A DNA stretch of 64,000 nucleotides, from positions 117,633-181,632 of the forward strand of contig CAYRQJ010000001.1 of assembly GCA_964426555.1 (NCBI GenBank). The letters are read 5' to 3'. This document shows, piece by piece, positions 1 through 9,529 of the stretch. The notes below the pieces were generated by a model, which did no database searches, was not told the origin of the DNA, and saw only the letters and a list, made by a program, of their open reading frames with translations. Source of the DNA: an uncultured Candidatus Saccharibacteria bacterium. Its GTDB lineage: Bacteria; Patescibacteriota; Minisyncoccia; Phycocordibacterales; UBA9973. The translations under genes were made by a program, and so were the position numbers. Positions within the stretch are counted from its first letter, which is position 1, and every line of letters starts with the position of its first letter.

Positions 1-656
1 GAAATTCCACGAGGGCCTTGTTCTACTTTGTATAAATACCCACGAATTCTTTCACCGCGACGGAAATATTCTCCTGGAATTTGTTCTTCCTGAGTCATTG
101 TTGCAAAAGCGCGACCAATAGCCACAGAAACCATTCCGCGTTCTATTTTATCGACTGTTCCAGAGATAATATCTCCTTCTTTTGCTCCAAATTCTGCTAA
201 AATTACTTCTTGTTCTGCTTCACGAATCTTTTGCATTATTACTTGTTTTGCAGTTTGAGCAGCAATACGACTAAATTCTAGTTGTTCTTCTAGTGGAAAG
301 ATTATTTCTTCTTCCAAAACTACACCAGATTTGATCATTTGAGCATCTACTATAAAAATATGATGTTCTTCGTTGTAGCGAACTCGAGTGTCTGATTCGT
401 CATAATCTTCATGTTCGGTTTCTTGGTTAACTATGCGTACTACACTGTCGTCTACTACGATTTTAACTTGATAAAAGTCTATTTTACCAGTTTCTACGTC
501 CATTCTGGCACGGACAATTTGTCCTTTTTTACCAAAATCTTTCTTGTATGCAGCCGCAAAAGCTTGTTCAATTGCGTCTACAATCTTTTCTTTTGGAATC
601 TTGCGTTCTTCACCAAGAGCTTCCAAAGCTGTCTTCATTGTTTTTAAATCCAACAT
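1..656 (-). CDS. nusA: Transcription termination/antitermination factor NusA (partial, runs off the left edge)
   Basis: Not in the ORF track. Manual translation from ATG 656: MLDLKTMKTALEALGEERKIPKEKIVDAIEQAFAAAYKK...FSRIAAQTAKQVIMQKIREAE...EQIPGEYFRRGERIR, matching the NusA N-terminal and S1 motifs. Confidence 0.95.
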   Translation of the reverse strand, partial: MLDLKTMKTALEALGEERKIPKEKIVDAIEQAFAAAYKKDFGKKGQIVRARMDVETGKIDFYQVKIVVDDSVVRIVNQETEHEDYDESDTRVRYNEEHHIFIVDAQMIKSGVVLEEEIIFPLEEQLEFSRIAAQTAKQVIMQKIREAEQEVILAEFGAKEGDIISGTVDKIERGMVSVAIGRAFATMTQEEQIPGEYFRRGERIRGYLYKVEQGPRGI

Positions 657-758
657 ATTAATTTGTATTTCTATTATTAACTTATAATATACTTTGACTT
701 TAGCATATTGGTAAATTCATTGCAAAAGGTTAGTTAAAATTGATATACTATACACAGT

Positions 759-2771
759 ATGAAGTTTATCTTAAAATCTTTTTTTATATTTGTCTTATTT
801 TTTATGGGATTCATAAATGTATCTCATGCAGCCAGTACTCAACATGCTTGTACTCATAATTCAGGACATAATTGTGTAGACATAAAAGGCTATGCATGGG
901 GAGCAGACGATAAACCTTTTGGTGGAGCTGGTTGGATAAATTTTAATAACACTAGTAGTGGCTCTACTACAAATACGGGGGGTAATGCGTCTTATAAAGT
1001 AGAGTTTGACCGAAATGACCTTAGTTTACAAGGTTATGCTTATAGTGAAAATTATGGATATATTAAATTTGGAGGATTTACCGAAGGGGCAGGCAATTAC
1101 CCAGTAGCAGCTGCTTGTAAAGGAGGAACAAACGATAATGCTAATTGTAATGCGCAATTAGTAGCAGTAAATGGTGGCTACGAACTGGTAGGCTACGCAA
1201 GGTTTTGTTTTGTATATCAAAGCGGATGTAGTGGTAATATTCGCCCAAGCTACGAACTGGGGGGGTATGATGGCTGGATAGCATTCAAAGGCTCAAATTT
1301 TGCAGTAACTTATAATACTTCTAATGTATTCCAATCTTATGCATGGGGTGGTGGACATGGTACACGTGGTAACAGTAACTATGCTGCAGGAATGGGCTGG
1401 ATAAAAATGAACCCAAGTGGAGGAGGAATATCCTGTTATGTAACAACTATAGGTAATGACTGTATTAGTGACAGTACAGACAAACCTATCGTAGACATAT
1501 ACACTGACAATAGCGACAACGGTACAACAAAAGTAAATTACAATACAACCTTTACTTTGAAATGGACAATTACAAATATTCCAAATGGTTGTGATGCTGT
1601 TACACCTACATCTACCCCAAATAACTCTGGTTGGAATAATCATTCAATTACAGGTACTAGAGTTGCCAGTGGTAGTTACACAGTAACTGGTGGAGTATCT
1701 GCTGATACAACATTTAATCTAGAATGTACTTATACCACAGAAAAAGGTAACGACAGTGAAATAATAGAGTTAAACAAATTTACTCCTGTGGTAACACTGG
1801 ACCCAACTAGCAGTATTACGTATGGTAACAGTGTAGATTTGACTTACAAAGTTACAAATGTGCCTTTTGGTTGTAGTGGTGGTGCCCAACTTTATACAGA
1901 AGGTGTCGCAGATGGTAGCCCAATTACCATAACCGGTGATGGCACAAGTACAAAAGAATACACCGGTACTATAACAAAAACCCCACTAGCAACTACAAAT
2001 TGGGAATTTCGTTGTACAGATTCTACCCCGCCTACACCAAATCGTATTGGTAGCGACACCGCAAAAACTACAGTAATAGTACCAACACCAACAATGTCAC
2101 TAACAGTAAAAGACACCGATACAAACAGTACTACAAATATTCCTTGTACAAATACTGGAGTAACAATTACATATAGTACAAAAGATGTAAAAACTGGTTC
2201 ATGTAAATCAATGTATATACCAGCCGGAGCTGGTAGTGCACAAGCATTGTCAGGCTGGGATACTGGAACCAGTATTACTGAAAATGATTACCCAACCACA
2301 CATACCAGTACAACAGGAAATATTACAAACACAGGGGGAAATGTATTTTATTTACAATGCCAAAAATTAGACGGAACTCCTTGGACTGCTGGTAAATCAC
2401 TAACTAGATCTTGTACTGCTGGCTCACTTTCAGTAACAGGACCAAGTTGCGTTGAGCCAACAGACATGTTAAACATTAGTTATATTGGATCTGGGTTTGA
2501 CAGTGGTAGTTGTACAATGAGTTGGAAAACCAGTCCAAATAATAAAATAAATACTACAGCACCAAATCATTCATTTAATGCAAACTATGTTTATCCAGCA
2601 AGCAATTTAACAGTAGGACAAACTTACACATATACAGTTTCTGGATGTCAGGAATCTGCTTACCCAGGAAATTCTCCTATGTCTAGTAGTGTAACCGTAG
2701 ATGTGCAAAATGATTGTGGTCCTGGACCAACACCGATACCTCGCCGTGGACCAAAATTTAAAGAACAATAA
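759..2771 (+). CDS. Large secreted Cys/Thr/Gly-rich surface protein (GYAW...GWI repeats plus Ig-like domains)
   Basis: Signal peptide ending SHA-A; repeated GYA(W/Y/R)..G(W/Y)I.F motifs; several beta-sandwich-like repeats; C-terminus PKFKEQ. Confidence 0.7.
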   Translation: MKFILKSFFIFVLFFMGFINVSHAASTQHACTHNSGHNCVDIKGYAWGADDKPFGGAGWINFNNTSSGSTTNTGGNASYKVEFDRNDLSLQGYAYSENYGYIKFGGFTEGAGNYPVAAACKGGTNDNANCNAQLVAVNGGYELVGYARFCFVYQSGCSGNIRPSYELGGYDGWIAFKGSNFAVTYNTSNVFQSYAWGGGHGTRGNSNYAAGMGWIKMNPSGGGISCYVTTIGNDCISDSTDKPIVDIYTDNSDNGTTKVNYNTTFTLKWTITNIPNGCDAVTPTSTPNNSGWNNHSITGTRVASGSYTVTGGVSADTTFNLECTYTTEKGNDSEIIELNKFTPVVTLDPTSSITYGNSVDLTYKVTNVPFGCSGGAQLYTEGVADGSPITITGDGTSTKEYTGTITKTPLATTNWEFRCTDSTPPTPNRIGSDTAKTTVIVPTPTMSLTVKDTDTNSTTNIPCTNTGVTITYSTKDVKTGSCKSMYIPAGAGSAQALSGWDTGTSITENDYPTTHTSTTGNITNTGGNVFYLQCQKLDGTPWTAGKSLTRSCTAGSLSVTGPSCVEPTDMLNISYIGSGFDSGSCTMSWKTSPNNKINTTAPNHSFNANYVYPASNLTVGQTYTYTVSGCQESAYPGNSPMSSSVTVDVQNDCGPGPTPIPRRGPKFKEQ

Positions 2772-2778
2772 AAAACAA

Positions 2779-4605
2779 ATGGGAAATCAAGAAAACAAAT
2801 TACCAATAGATATTATTTCTTTGGTAATAGAAAATTATTTTACAAAAAATTATAATACTGCAATACCTGCGGAGTTGTCTTTGCCAGTGTACGAAATTCA
2901 TGGAGATATAACTACAAACATTGCACTGCGAGCTAGTAAAATAATTGGCGAGAAACCAATAGATATTGCAAATAATTTAGTAAAATTTTTAGAAACTGAA
3001 ATTACAGATTTGGTAGAAAAAATAGAAATAGCTGGACCAGGGTTAATAAATATTTTTCTTAGTAATACCGCGCGCAAAAATATAATTGTGGGTACTCTAA
3101 AAGAAAATACTGATTTTAAAATAAATACTGATACTGGTTTACACTGGGTAATAGAACACACCAGCCCCAACCCAAACAAAGCTATGCATCTTGGCCATTT
3201 GCGAAATAATTTAGTTGGAATGAGTCTTGCTAATATGATAGAAAACTGTGGGGCAGTAGTAACACGTGACGCAGTAGACAACAACCGCGGTATTGCTATA
3301 GCTAAAGCAATGTACGGGTTTTTAGCATTGGAAAAGCACCCCTCACAATCCCCTCTGTCTAAAGACATCTCCCCTTTATCAAGGGAAGAAAATTTGTTAC
3401 AAGCTTGGATAGAGAATCCAACTAATTGGTACACACCAGCTGAAAAAGATACACGTCCTGATGTATTTGTAACAAACTGTTATACCGGCGGGGAAGAACT
3501 ACGAAAAAATGACACAACTGGAGAAATAGACAAAGCTATTCGCCAAATGGTACTGGACTGGGAAGAAAAAGATGCAGATACTTGGGCATTGTGGCAGCAC
3601 ATTTTAGATTATTCTTATGCTGGAATGAACATTACTTTAAAGCGTTTAAATAACAAATGGGATAAAGTTTGGCACGAACATGAGCATTACCAAAGCGGTA
3701 AAGACTATGTAGAAGCAGGACTTGCAAAAGGCATATTTAAAAAGCTTGATGATGGCGCAGTACTAACCCAAATAGAAGAAAAATATAATATCCCAGAAAC
3801 CATATTACTGAAAAATGACGGAACAGCATTATATATTACACAAGACATTGCGCTAACAGATTTAAAAAAGAAAACATACAATGCCGACAAGCTAGTATGG
3901 GTAATAGGACCCGAACAATCTTTAGCAATGCAACAATTGTTTGCAGTATGTGAGCAATTGGGAATAGGTAAGTTAGAAGACTTTTTCCATATTGCATATG
4001 GATACATGGGACTAAAAGACGAAGCAGGGAATTTTAAAAAAATGTCATCACGTAGTGGTACGGTATTACTAATTGATGATCTTATAGACACAGTAAAAGA
4101 ACGACTAATCGAAAACAAAACTGAATTGGCTGACGATGATGTATTAGTAGAGAAACTGGCAATGGCTGCAATACGGTTTAGTATATTGAAATGCGAAAAG
4201 AATATGAACATGGCATTTGATATAAATGAATCTGTAAATATCAACGGTGATTCAGGAATATATGTGCTGTATACTTTGGCACGCATCAAATCTATTTTAC
4301 GTAATGCAAATTTTGAAAGTAAAAATATTAGTGCAGAATTTAGTGGGGCAGTAGCACAAGATGTACTACGTAAAATAAATGCGTACAGTGTAGTACTGCA
4401 CAGCGCGCGTAAACATTTATCCGTACACCCAATTGCGCATTACTTACTGGAACTGGCATCTACATTTAATAACTTTTATAACCGTGAAAAAGTTTTAGAT
4501 GGTGGTAAAGACGAGCAAGAAAAACTGGCAATATTAAATTCGGTGCTACGCGTAATGGAGCATGGGTTAGGTATACTGGGCATAGAAACAGTAGAGAAGA
4601 TGTAA
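2779..4605 (+). CDS. argS: Arginine--tRNA ligase
   Basis: SPNPNKAMHLGHLRN (HIGH), KMSSRSG, GDSGIYVLYTLARIKSILR, C-terminal LGIETVEKM. Start moved to ATG 2779. Confidence 0.95.
   Translation: MGNQENKLPIDIISLVIENYFTKNYNTAIPAELSLPVYEIHGDITTNIALRASKIIGEKPIDIANNLVKFLETEITDLVEKIEIAGPGLINIFLSNTARKNIIVGTLKENTDFKINTDTGLHWVIEHTSPNPNKAMHLGHLRNNLVGMSLANMIENCGAVVTRDAVDNNRGIAIAKAMYGFLALEKHPSQSPLSKDISPLSREENLLQAWIENPTNWYTPAEKDTRPDVFVTNCYTGGEELRKNDTTGEIDKAIRQMVLDWEEKDADTWALWQHILDYSYAGMNITLKRLNNKWDKVWHEHEHYQSGKDYVEAGLAKGIFKKLDDGAVLTQIEEKYNIPETILLKNDGTALYITQDIALTDLKKKTYNADKLVWVIGPEQSLAMQQLFAVCEQLGIGKLEDFFHIAYGYMGLKDEAGNFKKMSSRSGTVLLIDDLIDTVKERLIENKTELADDDVLVEKLAMAAIRFSILKCEKNMNMAFDINESVNINGDSGIYVLYTLARIKSILRNANFESKNISAEFSGAVAQDVLRKINAYSVVLHSARKHLSVHPIAHYLLELASTFNNFYNREKVLDGGKDEQEKLAILNSVLRVMEHGLGILGIETVEKM
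3336..3390 (+). repeat. Degenerate REP-like palindrome copy lying in frame within argS
   Basis: gcacccctcacaatcccctct...atctcccctttatcaagggaagaa resembles the reverse complement of 25497-25532; encodes HPSQSPLSKDISPLSREE. Confidence 0.7.
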
Positions 4606-4652
4606 CCTCTCCCTGGACTTCGTCTCAACCCTCTCCTTAAAAAGGAGAGGGT
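4606..4652. repeat. REP-like palindrome, solo copy after the argS stop
   Basis: cctctccc...accctctcctt-aa-aaggagagggt hairpin, same family as 7747, 25451 and 53117. Confidence 0.75.
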
Positions 4653-4722
4653 CTTTATTATAGTAATTAAACAATACTTGCATTTTATTGTAAAGTGTGT
4701 TATAATACTCTGCAATAACACT

Positions 4723-5100
4723 ATGAACAAAATAATTTCAAAAATTGTAGTAGTAGCAGTGATTTTCTTCACAGCTCCTGCAGTAAAATCACAAGTTAAT
4801 GATGCTGGACCAGAAGCATTTAAAAAAATTACAAAAATTGGCCCCGAAGGGTGTCCCGCATTATACTGGTGGAATCCACAGGGTTATTGCGGGTTAGGAT
4901 GTTGGCAATTAGCCAGTGATTCATCTACAGAAAAGATGATGATGCAACAAATTGTTCCAGAGAAATCTCGTGAAGTAAAAATTAATGGTGATACGACTAT
5001 TAAAATTATCACACTAACAGTGTCTGGCTTCTCTAACGAATTCTTTTTCGATGGATACTGGAGAAAGTATCCACAGTATTGTGTTGAACTCAACCAATAA
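4723..5100 (+). CDS. Small secreted hypothetical protein
   Basis: ATG 4723 downstream of TGTTATAAT; signal peptide ending VKS-Q; four Cys. Confidence 0.7.
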   Translation: MNKIISKIVVVAVIFFTAPAVKSQVNDAGPEAFKKITKIGPEGCPALYWWNPQGYCGLGCWQLASDSSTEKMMMQQIVPEKSREVKINGDTTIKIITLTVSGFSNEFFFDGYWRKYPQYCVELNQ

Positions 5101-5117
5101 AAAAACCACAACGCAAA

Positions 5118-5143
5118 GGGCGGGGATGAATACATCCCCGCCC
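5118..5143. repeat. GC-rich hairpin copy 1 (also a likely bidirectional terminator)
   Basis: gggcggggatg-aata-catccccgccc; 24/26 identical to 6437-6462. Confidence 0.8.
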
Positions 5144-5148
5144 ATTTT

Positions 5149-5958
5149 TTATACCCCACAAACTTTTTCAATATAGGGTTTTATATATTTAAAATTATCT
5201 TTAATAATTTTATTGGGTTCTACTAGTATTTTTTTATAATCTACTTCTTCGATTACTTGTTGCTCTACTTTAAGGTCTTTATCTATAGCTGAAGAAATTT
5301 CAACAATTGAATAAAATAACCAATGATTATTTCCTTTGTAATCTTCGGCTGCAGGAATTTGCATTAAATCTGCAAATAATCTTATACTTTTTCTTAATGT
5401 ATGAAGTTCGTCAACATTAATTTTTTCTTTATTAAAAAGTTTTTCAATCTTATTTAAGATTTTTAAAACATGATTTTTAAAATCTAAAACATCTACTGAT
5501 TCAATAGGTAATTCAATTTTATCGATCGCTAAAAAAATCTCATTTCTTTCAATTTCTAATGGGGTAGTTAAATACTTATCATTAAATTTCCCCAGTGTTG
5601 ATATAAATGTATGCAACTCATCCGGACATTTATGTTTTGGATATAAAAATTGGTAAATAGCTCTCAATACTAAACCATACCGCCTAATCATTCTAAGATA
5701 CTTTCGACTTTCTTTATTTGGTTCTTTTTGTAAATGATTTAAAAACTCATTTTTTTTAAAAACAAATGCAAAAGTCTTATTTGCTTCTTCAAATATATGT
5801 TTACGATATTCATCGTCAATAAAAATACTATTAAATTCTTCTACTCGAGGATTTAAATTTGGGTTCTCTCTAATATCCATAAAGTGATTAACCAAAACTG
5901 GTTCTAGATTTGAAGATTCATGGGTATTTGGAATATTAGAATTAAATTTTTCCTTCAT
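5149..5958 (-). CDS. Hypothetical helical protein, possible CHAD-like domain
   Basis: 269-aa ORF; DELHTLRKSIR resembles the CHAD H-x-x-R-K motif. Confidence 0.5.
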   Translation of the reverse strand: MKEKFNSNIPNTHESSNLEPVLVNHFMDIRENPNLNPRVEEFNSIFIDDEYRKHIFEEANKTFAFVFKKNEFLNHLQKEPNKESRKYLRMIRRYGLVLRAIYQFLYPKHKCPDELHTFISTLGKFNDKYLTTPLEIERNEIFLAIDKIELPIESVDVLDFKNHVLKILNKIEKLFNKEKINVDELHTLRKSIRLFADLMQIPAAEDYKGNNHWLFYSIVEISSAIDKDLKVEQQVIEEVDYKKILVEPNKIIKDNFKYIKPYIEKVCGV

Positions 5959-6403
5959 TATGGTTATTTAAAAATTTATATGCGTCTTCTAAAATCAGTT
6001 TTCGTTCCGGGAATGTTAAAAGTTCTATGGCTTGTTTGTAAGTAACCCATTTCAATTCTGGAATTTCATTTTTAAAATCATCAGGTATTGTGTTTTCTAT
6101 AGAATTAGTACGGCCTAAAAAATACACTACTGTTTTATTGTATGGTACCCCCTTTTTTTCCAAGTAAAATTTCTCAGTAAATGAAATGTTATTAATTAAA
6201 TTAATGTCAGTAATTCCTGTTTCTTCTTTTAATTCTCGAATTGCTGCTATTTCTTCTGTTTCACCCGGGTCTGCATGACCTTTTGGGAAACCCCAATGGC
6301 CTTTGTTGCTATATACTAAACAAATAAATATCTCACTATTTTGATCTTTAAAGAATGGAATAACCCCATATGATTTGTCTTCTTTTATTGCATTTATATC
6401 CAT
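5942..6403 (-). CDS. NUDIX hydrolase (Ap4A hydrolase-like)
   Basis: SYGVIP, HWGFPKGH and Nudix box GHADPGETEEIAAIRELKEETG. Confidence 0.9.
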   Translation of the reverse strand: MDINAIKEDKSYGVIPFFKDQNSEIFICLVYSNKGHWGFPKGHADPGETEEIAAIRELKEETGITDINLINNISFTEKFYLEKKGVPYNKTVVYFLGRTNSIENTIPDDFKNEIPELKWVTYKQAIELLTFPERKLILEDAYKFLNNHNEGKI

Positions 6404-6436
6404 AAATAGATTATATCATACCAGTCCATAAAAACA

Positions 6437-6462
6437 GGGCGGGGATGAATTCATCCCTGCCC
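6437..6462. repeat. GC-rich hairpin copy 2 (likely terminator)
   Basis: gggcggggatg-aatt-catccctgccc flanked by A and T runs. Confidence 0.8.
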
Positions 6463-6514
6463 TGTTTTTTATCTATTTTTTTGTTTTAATATAAATTTTT
6501 ATTTAAAATAATTT

Positions 6515-7684
6515 TTACGGCTTCCAGTACATATACTGTCCATAATCGTCGGTTGATTTCCATTCCCAGAAACTGTTTGTACTGTTACATGAATCTACAT
6601 ATGAAATATTTCCTGTTGTGTCTGGGTCTACATTATTTAAAGTAGGGTAATGACCGTTTTGACAACCACCAGTTCCACAACCGCCACCAAATGTCCAATG
6701 GTAGCCATGTGTTTTTGGATTTTTACTATTTTTTGTTTTATCTATAACTAAACTAAATTTACATTGCCCTGTGTCACCCATATCGGTATCTGAAAAACTA
6801 CATGAACCAAAAGTAGTATATGTTGTCATGTTTACTCTTCTACACAAACGCTCTACAGTATAAGTATTTGTACTAAAAGGATTTGTTGCACATCTTCCTG
6901 TGTTTGTAGGGTTAGTAGATGGGTTAAATTTTGTACAAGTAGCCATTACTTGATTGTTGGTATTGTTAGTACCAGACAATGTTCCAGAAAAATTTGGAGC
7001 ACTATAGTATGAGATATAACTTCCTGCAGGACAGCCCCCGCCGCTACCAATAGTTACTCCAATGTCTGGAGCATACAAGTTACAACTATCCCCAAGACCA
7101 ATGTTGGTTGTGGGGTTATGTTTTGAGGTTTCAAAATTTGTAGCCAAAAAGTCTAATGAATAGACGGGGTTTGCAGCAGTATTACCAGATAAATTAATAT
7201 CATTTGTTATTGCAATTCCGCCCAACATTCTCCCAGCTATAATTCCTTGAAGTGCTTTAGCATTTTTAGCACTAGTATTAATTGGATAAACAAATTTAGG
7301 TATATTTAAATATTGATCAAATGATTTTGTTGTATTTTGATCATCTACCTGTGTTAATAAATCACTGGTTAAAAACCTTGTAGCTCCATTTACTACTAAC
7401 TTTTCACCAAATCCACCTTTGATACCATTTGCTCCATCGGACCCAGCATAAGACCCATTAGTTAAAACAGATTTTATATAATCTTTTGTTGTTTTGTTAG
7501 GGTCGGCACCTTCCCATGTACCAAATTTGTGTGCAATATTTACAGTATCAACACCCACTAACACTGGGGCACCAGTATTGCCAGCTGGGGCAGTAGTGGT
7601 TGGGTCTACATAGTCAGCCATTGCCATAGTTCCAAAAGTAAACATTAAAACAATTAGTGTAAGAAAAATTTTGTGCTTCATCAT
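6515..7684 (-). CDS. Secreted Cys-rich protein, paralog 1 of a P-xxx-P-xGN-xx-P family
   Basis: Signal peptide, then YVDPTTTAPAGNTGAPV; Cys module GCPAGSY...CTKFNPSTNPTNTGRC. Confidence 0.7.
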   Translation of the reverse strand: MMKHKIFLTLIVLMFTFGTMAMADYVDPTTTAPAGNTGAPVLVGVDTVNIAHKFGTWEGADPNKTTKDYIKSVLTNGSYAGSDGANGIKGGFGEKLVVNGATRFLTSDLLTQVDDQNTTKSFDQYLNIPKFVYPINTSAKNAKALQGIIAGRMLGGIAITNDINLSGNTAANPVYSLDFLATNFETSKHNPTTNIGLGDSCNLYAPDIGVTIGSGGGCPAGSYISYYSAPNFSGTLSGTNNTNNQVMATCTKFNPSTNPTNTGRCATNPFSTNTYTVERLCRRVNMTTYTTFGSCSFSDTDMGDTGQCKFSLVIDKTKNSKNPKTHGYHWTFGGGCGTGGCQNGHYPTLNNVDPDTTGNISYVDSCNSTNSFWEWKSTDDYGQYMYWKP

Positions 7685-7746
7685 AGGTATATTGTAACAT
7701 TTTAAAAGTATTCAAAACAAGCACAGATGCGCTGTATTTCACTTCA

Positions 7747-7850
7747 ACCTCACCCTCACCCTAACCCTCTCCAATAAATTAGAGATGGAATAATCACACA
7801 ACCACACCCCCCTTCTCTATATTTATGGAGCAGGGTCGGGGATGAGGTGT
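7747..7850. repeat. REP-like inverted pair with no cargo (REPIN-like doublet)
   Basis: cctcaccctaaccctctcc...agaga, a short spacer, then ...ggagcagggtcggggatgaggtgt in the opposite orientation. Confidence 0.75.
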
Positions 7851-7953
7851 AACGGAAAAAATCACATCTAACGGGATATCCACATGCTGTGCAAATGTAT
7901 GTATTTGCTATATACAAAATGGTATAATTAATGTAAGAAATTAAAAACTGTAC

Positions 7954-9363
7954 ATGAAAAACATAAAGAAAATCTATGTGAGCATTCTGTGCAGCATAGT
8001 GTTATCCTTCGGGATAATCAGTCCTTTGAAAGGGCAAGTTGGTACCAAAGGGAACCAATGGAATAAACTAAGAGAAGATAATTTTGAAATCACCAACCGT
8101 TACCGCGCTGGTAAATATGTTGTAAAAACAACAGTACGGGATGGTGCAAAACAAACCACAACAATAAATGGAAAGACCGAAATCCAACCTATCACAATTT
8201 GGGATTTGACTCAAAAAGACAGCTTTGCAAATTTTGCAAATAATTGGGTGGGGGATCCTATGAATCCTGTGAAAATGTTTAAGTTCGACAGCTCTCGGTT
8301 ATTTATAACTGACGGAGTAAAGATAATTCGTGCTGATATTGATTTTCAGTACAAAACTATTAACTACGAACAAATATTTCAAGGAAATCAGGATAGTAAC
8401 AACATAATTGCTTTTTATAGAGGCAAAGATAATGTTTACTTTACTAGTTCTTATGGTAAAAATTTTGTTTATATTTGCGACATGTTTGGGAATATAGAAA
8501 AAACTATTACCATGAATACTTCGGCTCTTCTGTCTATTACGTCCATTGTTGAGTTGAATGACACCATTTATTTTGGTTACACCTATGTAGGTGGTCTTGC
8601 AGACGGAAGTGGTTTTGCAATTCTGGATCCAGTTAGTGGGCAGATTACAAAACTAAAAGACCCGTTATGGAAGAACAACAGTAACGGTTGTGAAATAAAA
8701 GTGATTAATGGTCGTTTTTATCTAACAACAGATGCTGCACTGTATAATTTTCGTCAAACATTATTTGAATATAAGAATGGTGGATGGAAAACAGTAGTAA
8801 TTGGAGCATGGATGCCAAAAACACAAGATGGTTCGTCTGTTATTGATATTGAAAAAAATGGTCACTATCCTAATGGTGATACAATCAATAAAACATCTGG
8901 TGGTCTTTATTACCAGTTTAAAACTGACGGAACTATTGGTAAGATAATTTCAAAAGATACTCGCCTCGACGTACAATTCTCAGAAACATTCAAAACACAG
9001 TTTTATCAAAGGAATAAATTTTTTCCTGCGATTGAATTCATTTACGAATATGAAAACAAAACAATTGGTTTTGGACCCAGTATCGTAGCTGAACTTGTTG
9101 ACACAAATTCTGTTGGAATTAAAAACCCAACAGTAATGGTCAAAAAAACTGTTTTAAATGTTTTACCCAACCCTGCCACTGGTGAAACAGTGTACATCCA
9201 AGGTTTGCAAAAACCAACAGAATACACCATTACCAACACAACTGGTCAAACAGTTGCAAATGGCTTGACGATGGACAGTATTGATGTGAACCAATTAAGT
9301 CCTGGTATTTATTTTATTGCTTTTCCGAAAATTGGCGCAACAGCCAAATTCATTCGGAACTAA
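7954..9363 (+). CDS. Secreted beta-rich protein with T9SS (Por) type A C-terminal sorting domain
   Basis: C-terminus LNVLPNPATGETVYI...YTITNTTGQTV...IDVNQLSPGIYFI...KFIRN matches the YPNP...G.Y...K type A tail; signal peptide ending LKG-Q. Confidence 0.85.
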   Translation: MKNIKKIYVSILCSIVLSFGIISPLKGQVGTKGNQWNKLREDNFEITNRYRAGKYVVKTTVRDGAKQTTTINGKTEIQPITIWDLTQKDSFANFANNWVGDPMNPVKMFKFDSSRLFITDGVKIIRADIDFQYKTINYEQIFQGNQDSNNIIAFYRGKDNVYFTSSYGKNFVYICDMFGNIEKTITMNTSALLSITSIVELNDTIYFGYTYVGGLADGSGFAILDPVSGQITKLKDPLWKNNSNGCEIKVINGRFYLTTDAALYNFRQTLFEYKNGGWKTVVIGAWMPKTQDGSSVIDIEKNGHYPNGDTINKTSGGLYYQFKTDGTIGKIISKDTRLDVQFSETFKTQFYQRNKFFPAIEFIYEYENKTIGFGPSIVAELVDTNSVGIKNPTVMVKKTVLNVLPNPATGETVYIQGLQKPTEYTITNTTGQTVANGLTMDSIDVNQLSPGIYFIAFPKIGATAKFIRN

Positions 9364-9448
9364 CCAGCCCGCAAAGCTGGAAACAATATTATTTGGCACT
9401 GTTAATTTATTAACAGTGCTTTTTTCTTTGTAAAATTTAGAACAAAAC

Positions 9449-9479
9449 AATATGCGCGGCCGTAGGCCGCGCATATTTT
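9449..9479. terminator. Palindromic terminator between convergent genes
   Basis: aatatgcgcggcc-gta-ggccgcgcatattttt; a second hairpin at about 9396-9425. Confidence 0.65.
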
Positions 9480-9529
9480 AGTTTTTATTTTTTAACTTTT
9501 CCTATAGTAAGCTATGCTTACTACCGAGA

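Noticed and set aside
411-647. Plus-strand 78-aa ORF and the many other antisense ORFs in the track (e.g. 2898-3434, 13329-14090, 19384-19977)
   Set aside because: Shadows of well-supported genes on the opposite strand, with no motifs of their own.
2701-2778. Track N-terminal extensions of argS, and likewise tyrS (47031), ruvB (50631) and ORF 31679
   Set aside because: They overlap neighbouring genes or promoters; downstream ATGs fit family lengths and -10 spacing better.
2779-4605. Apparent excess of ACTGG (about ten in argS) as a Chi-like or uptake motif
   Set aside because: It mostly follows the coding strand and fits xxA-CTG-G and ACT-GG codon contexts; cannot be supported without a codon-controlled count.
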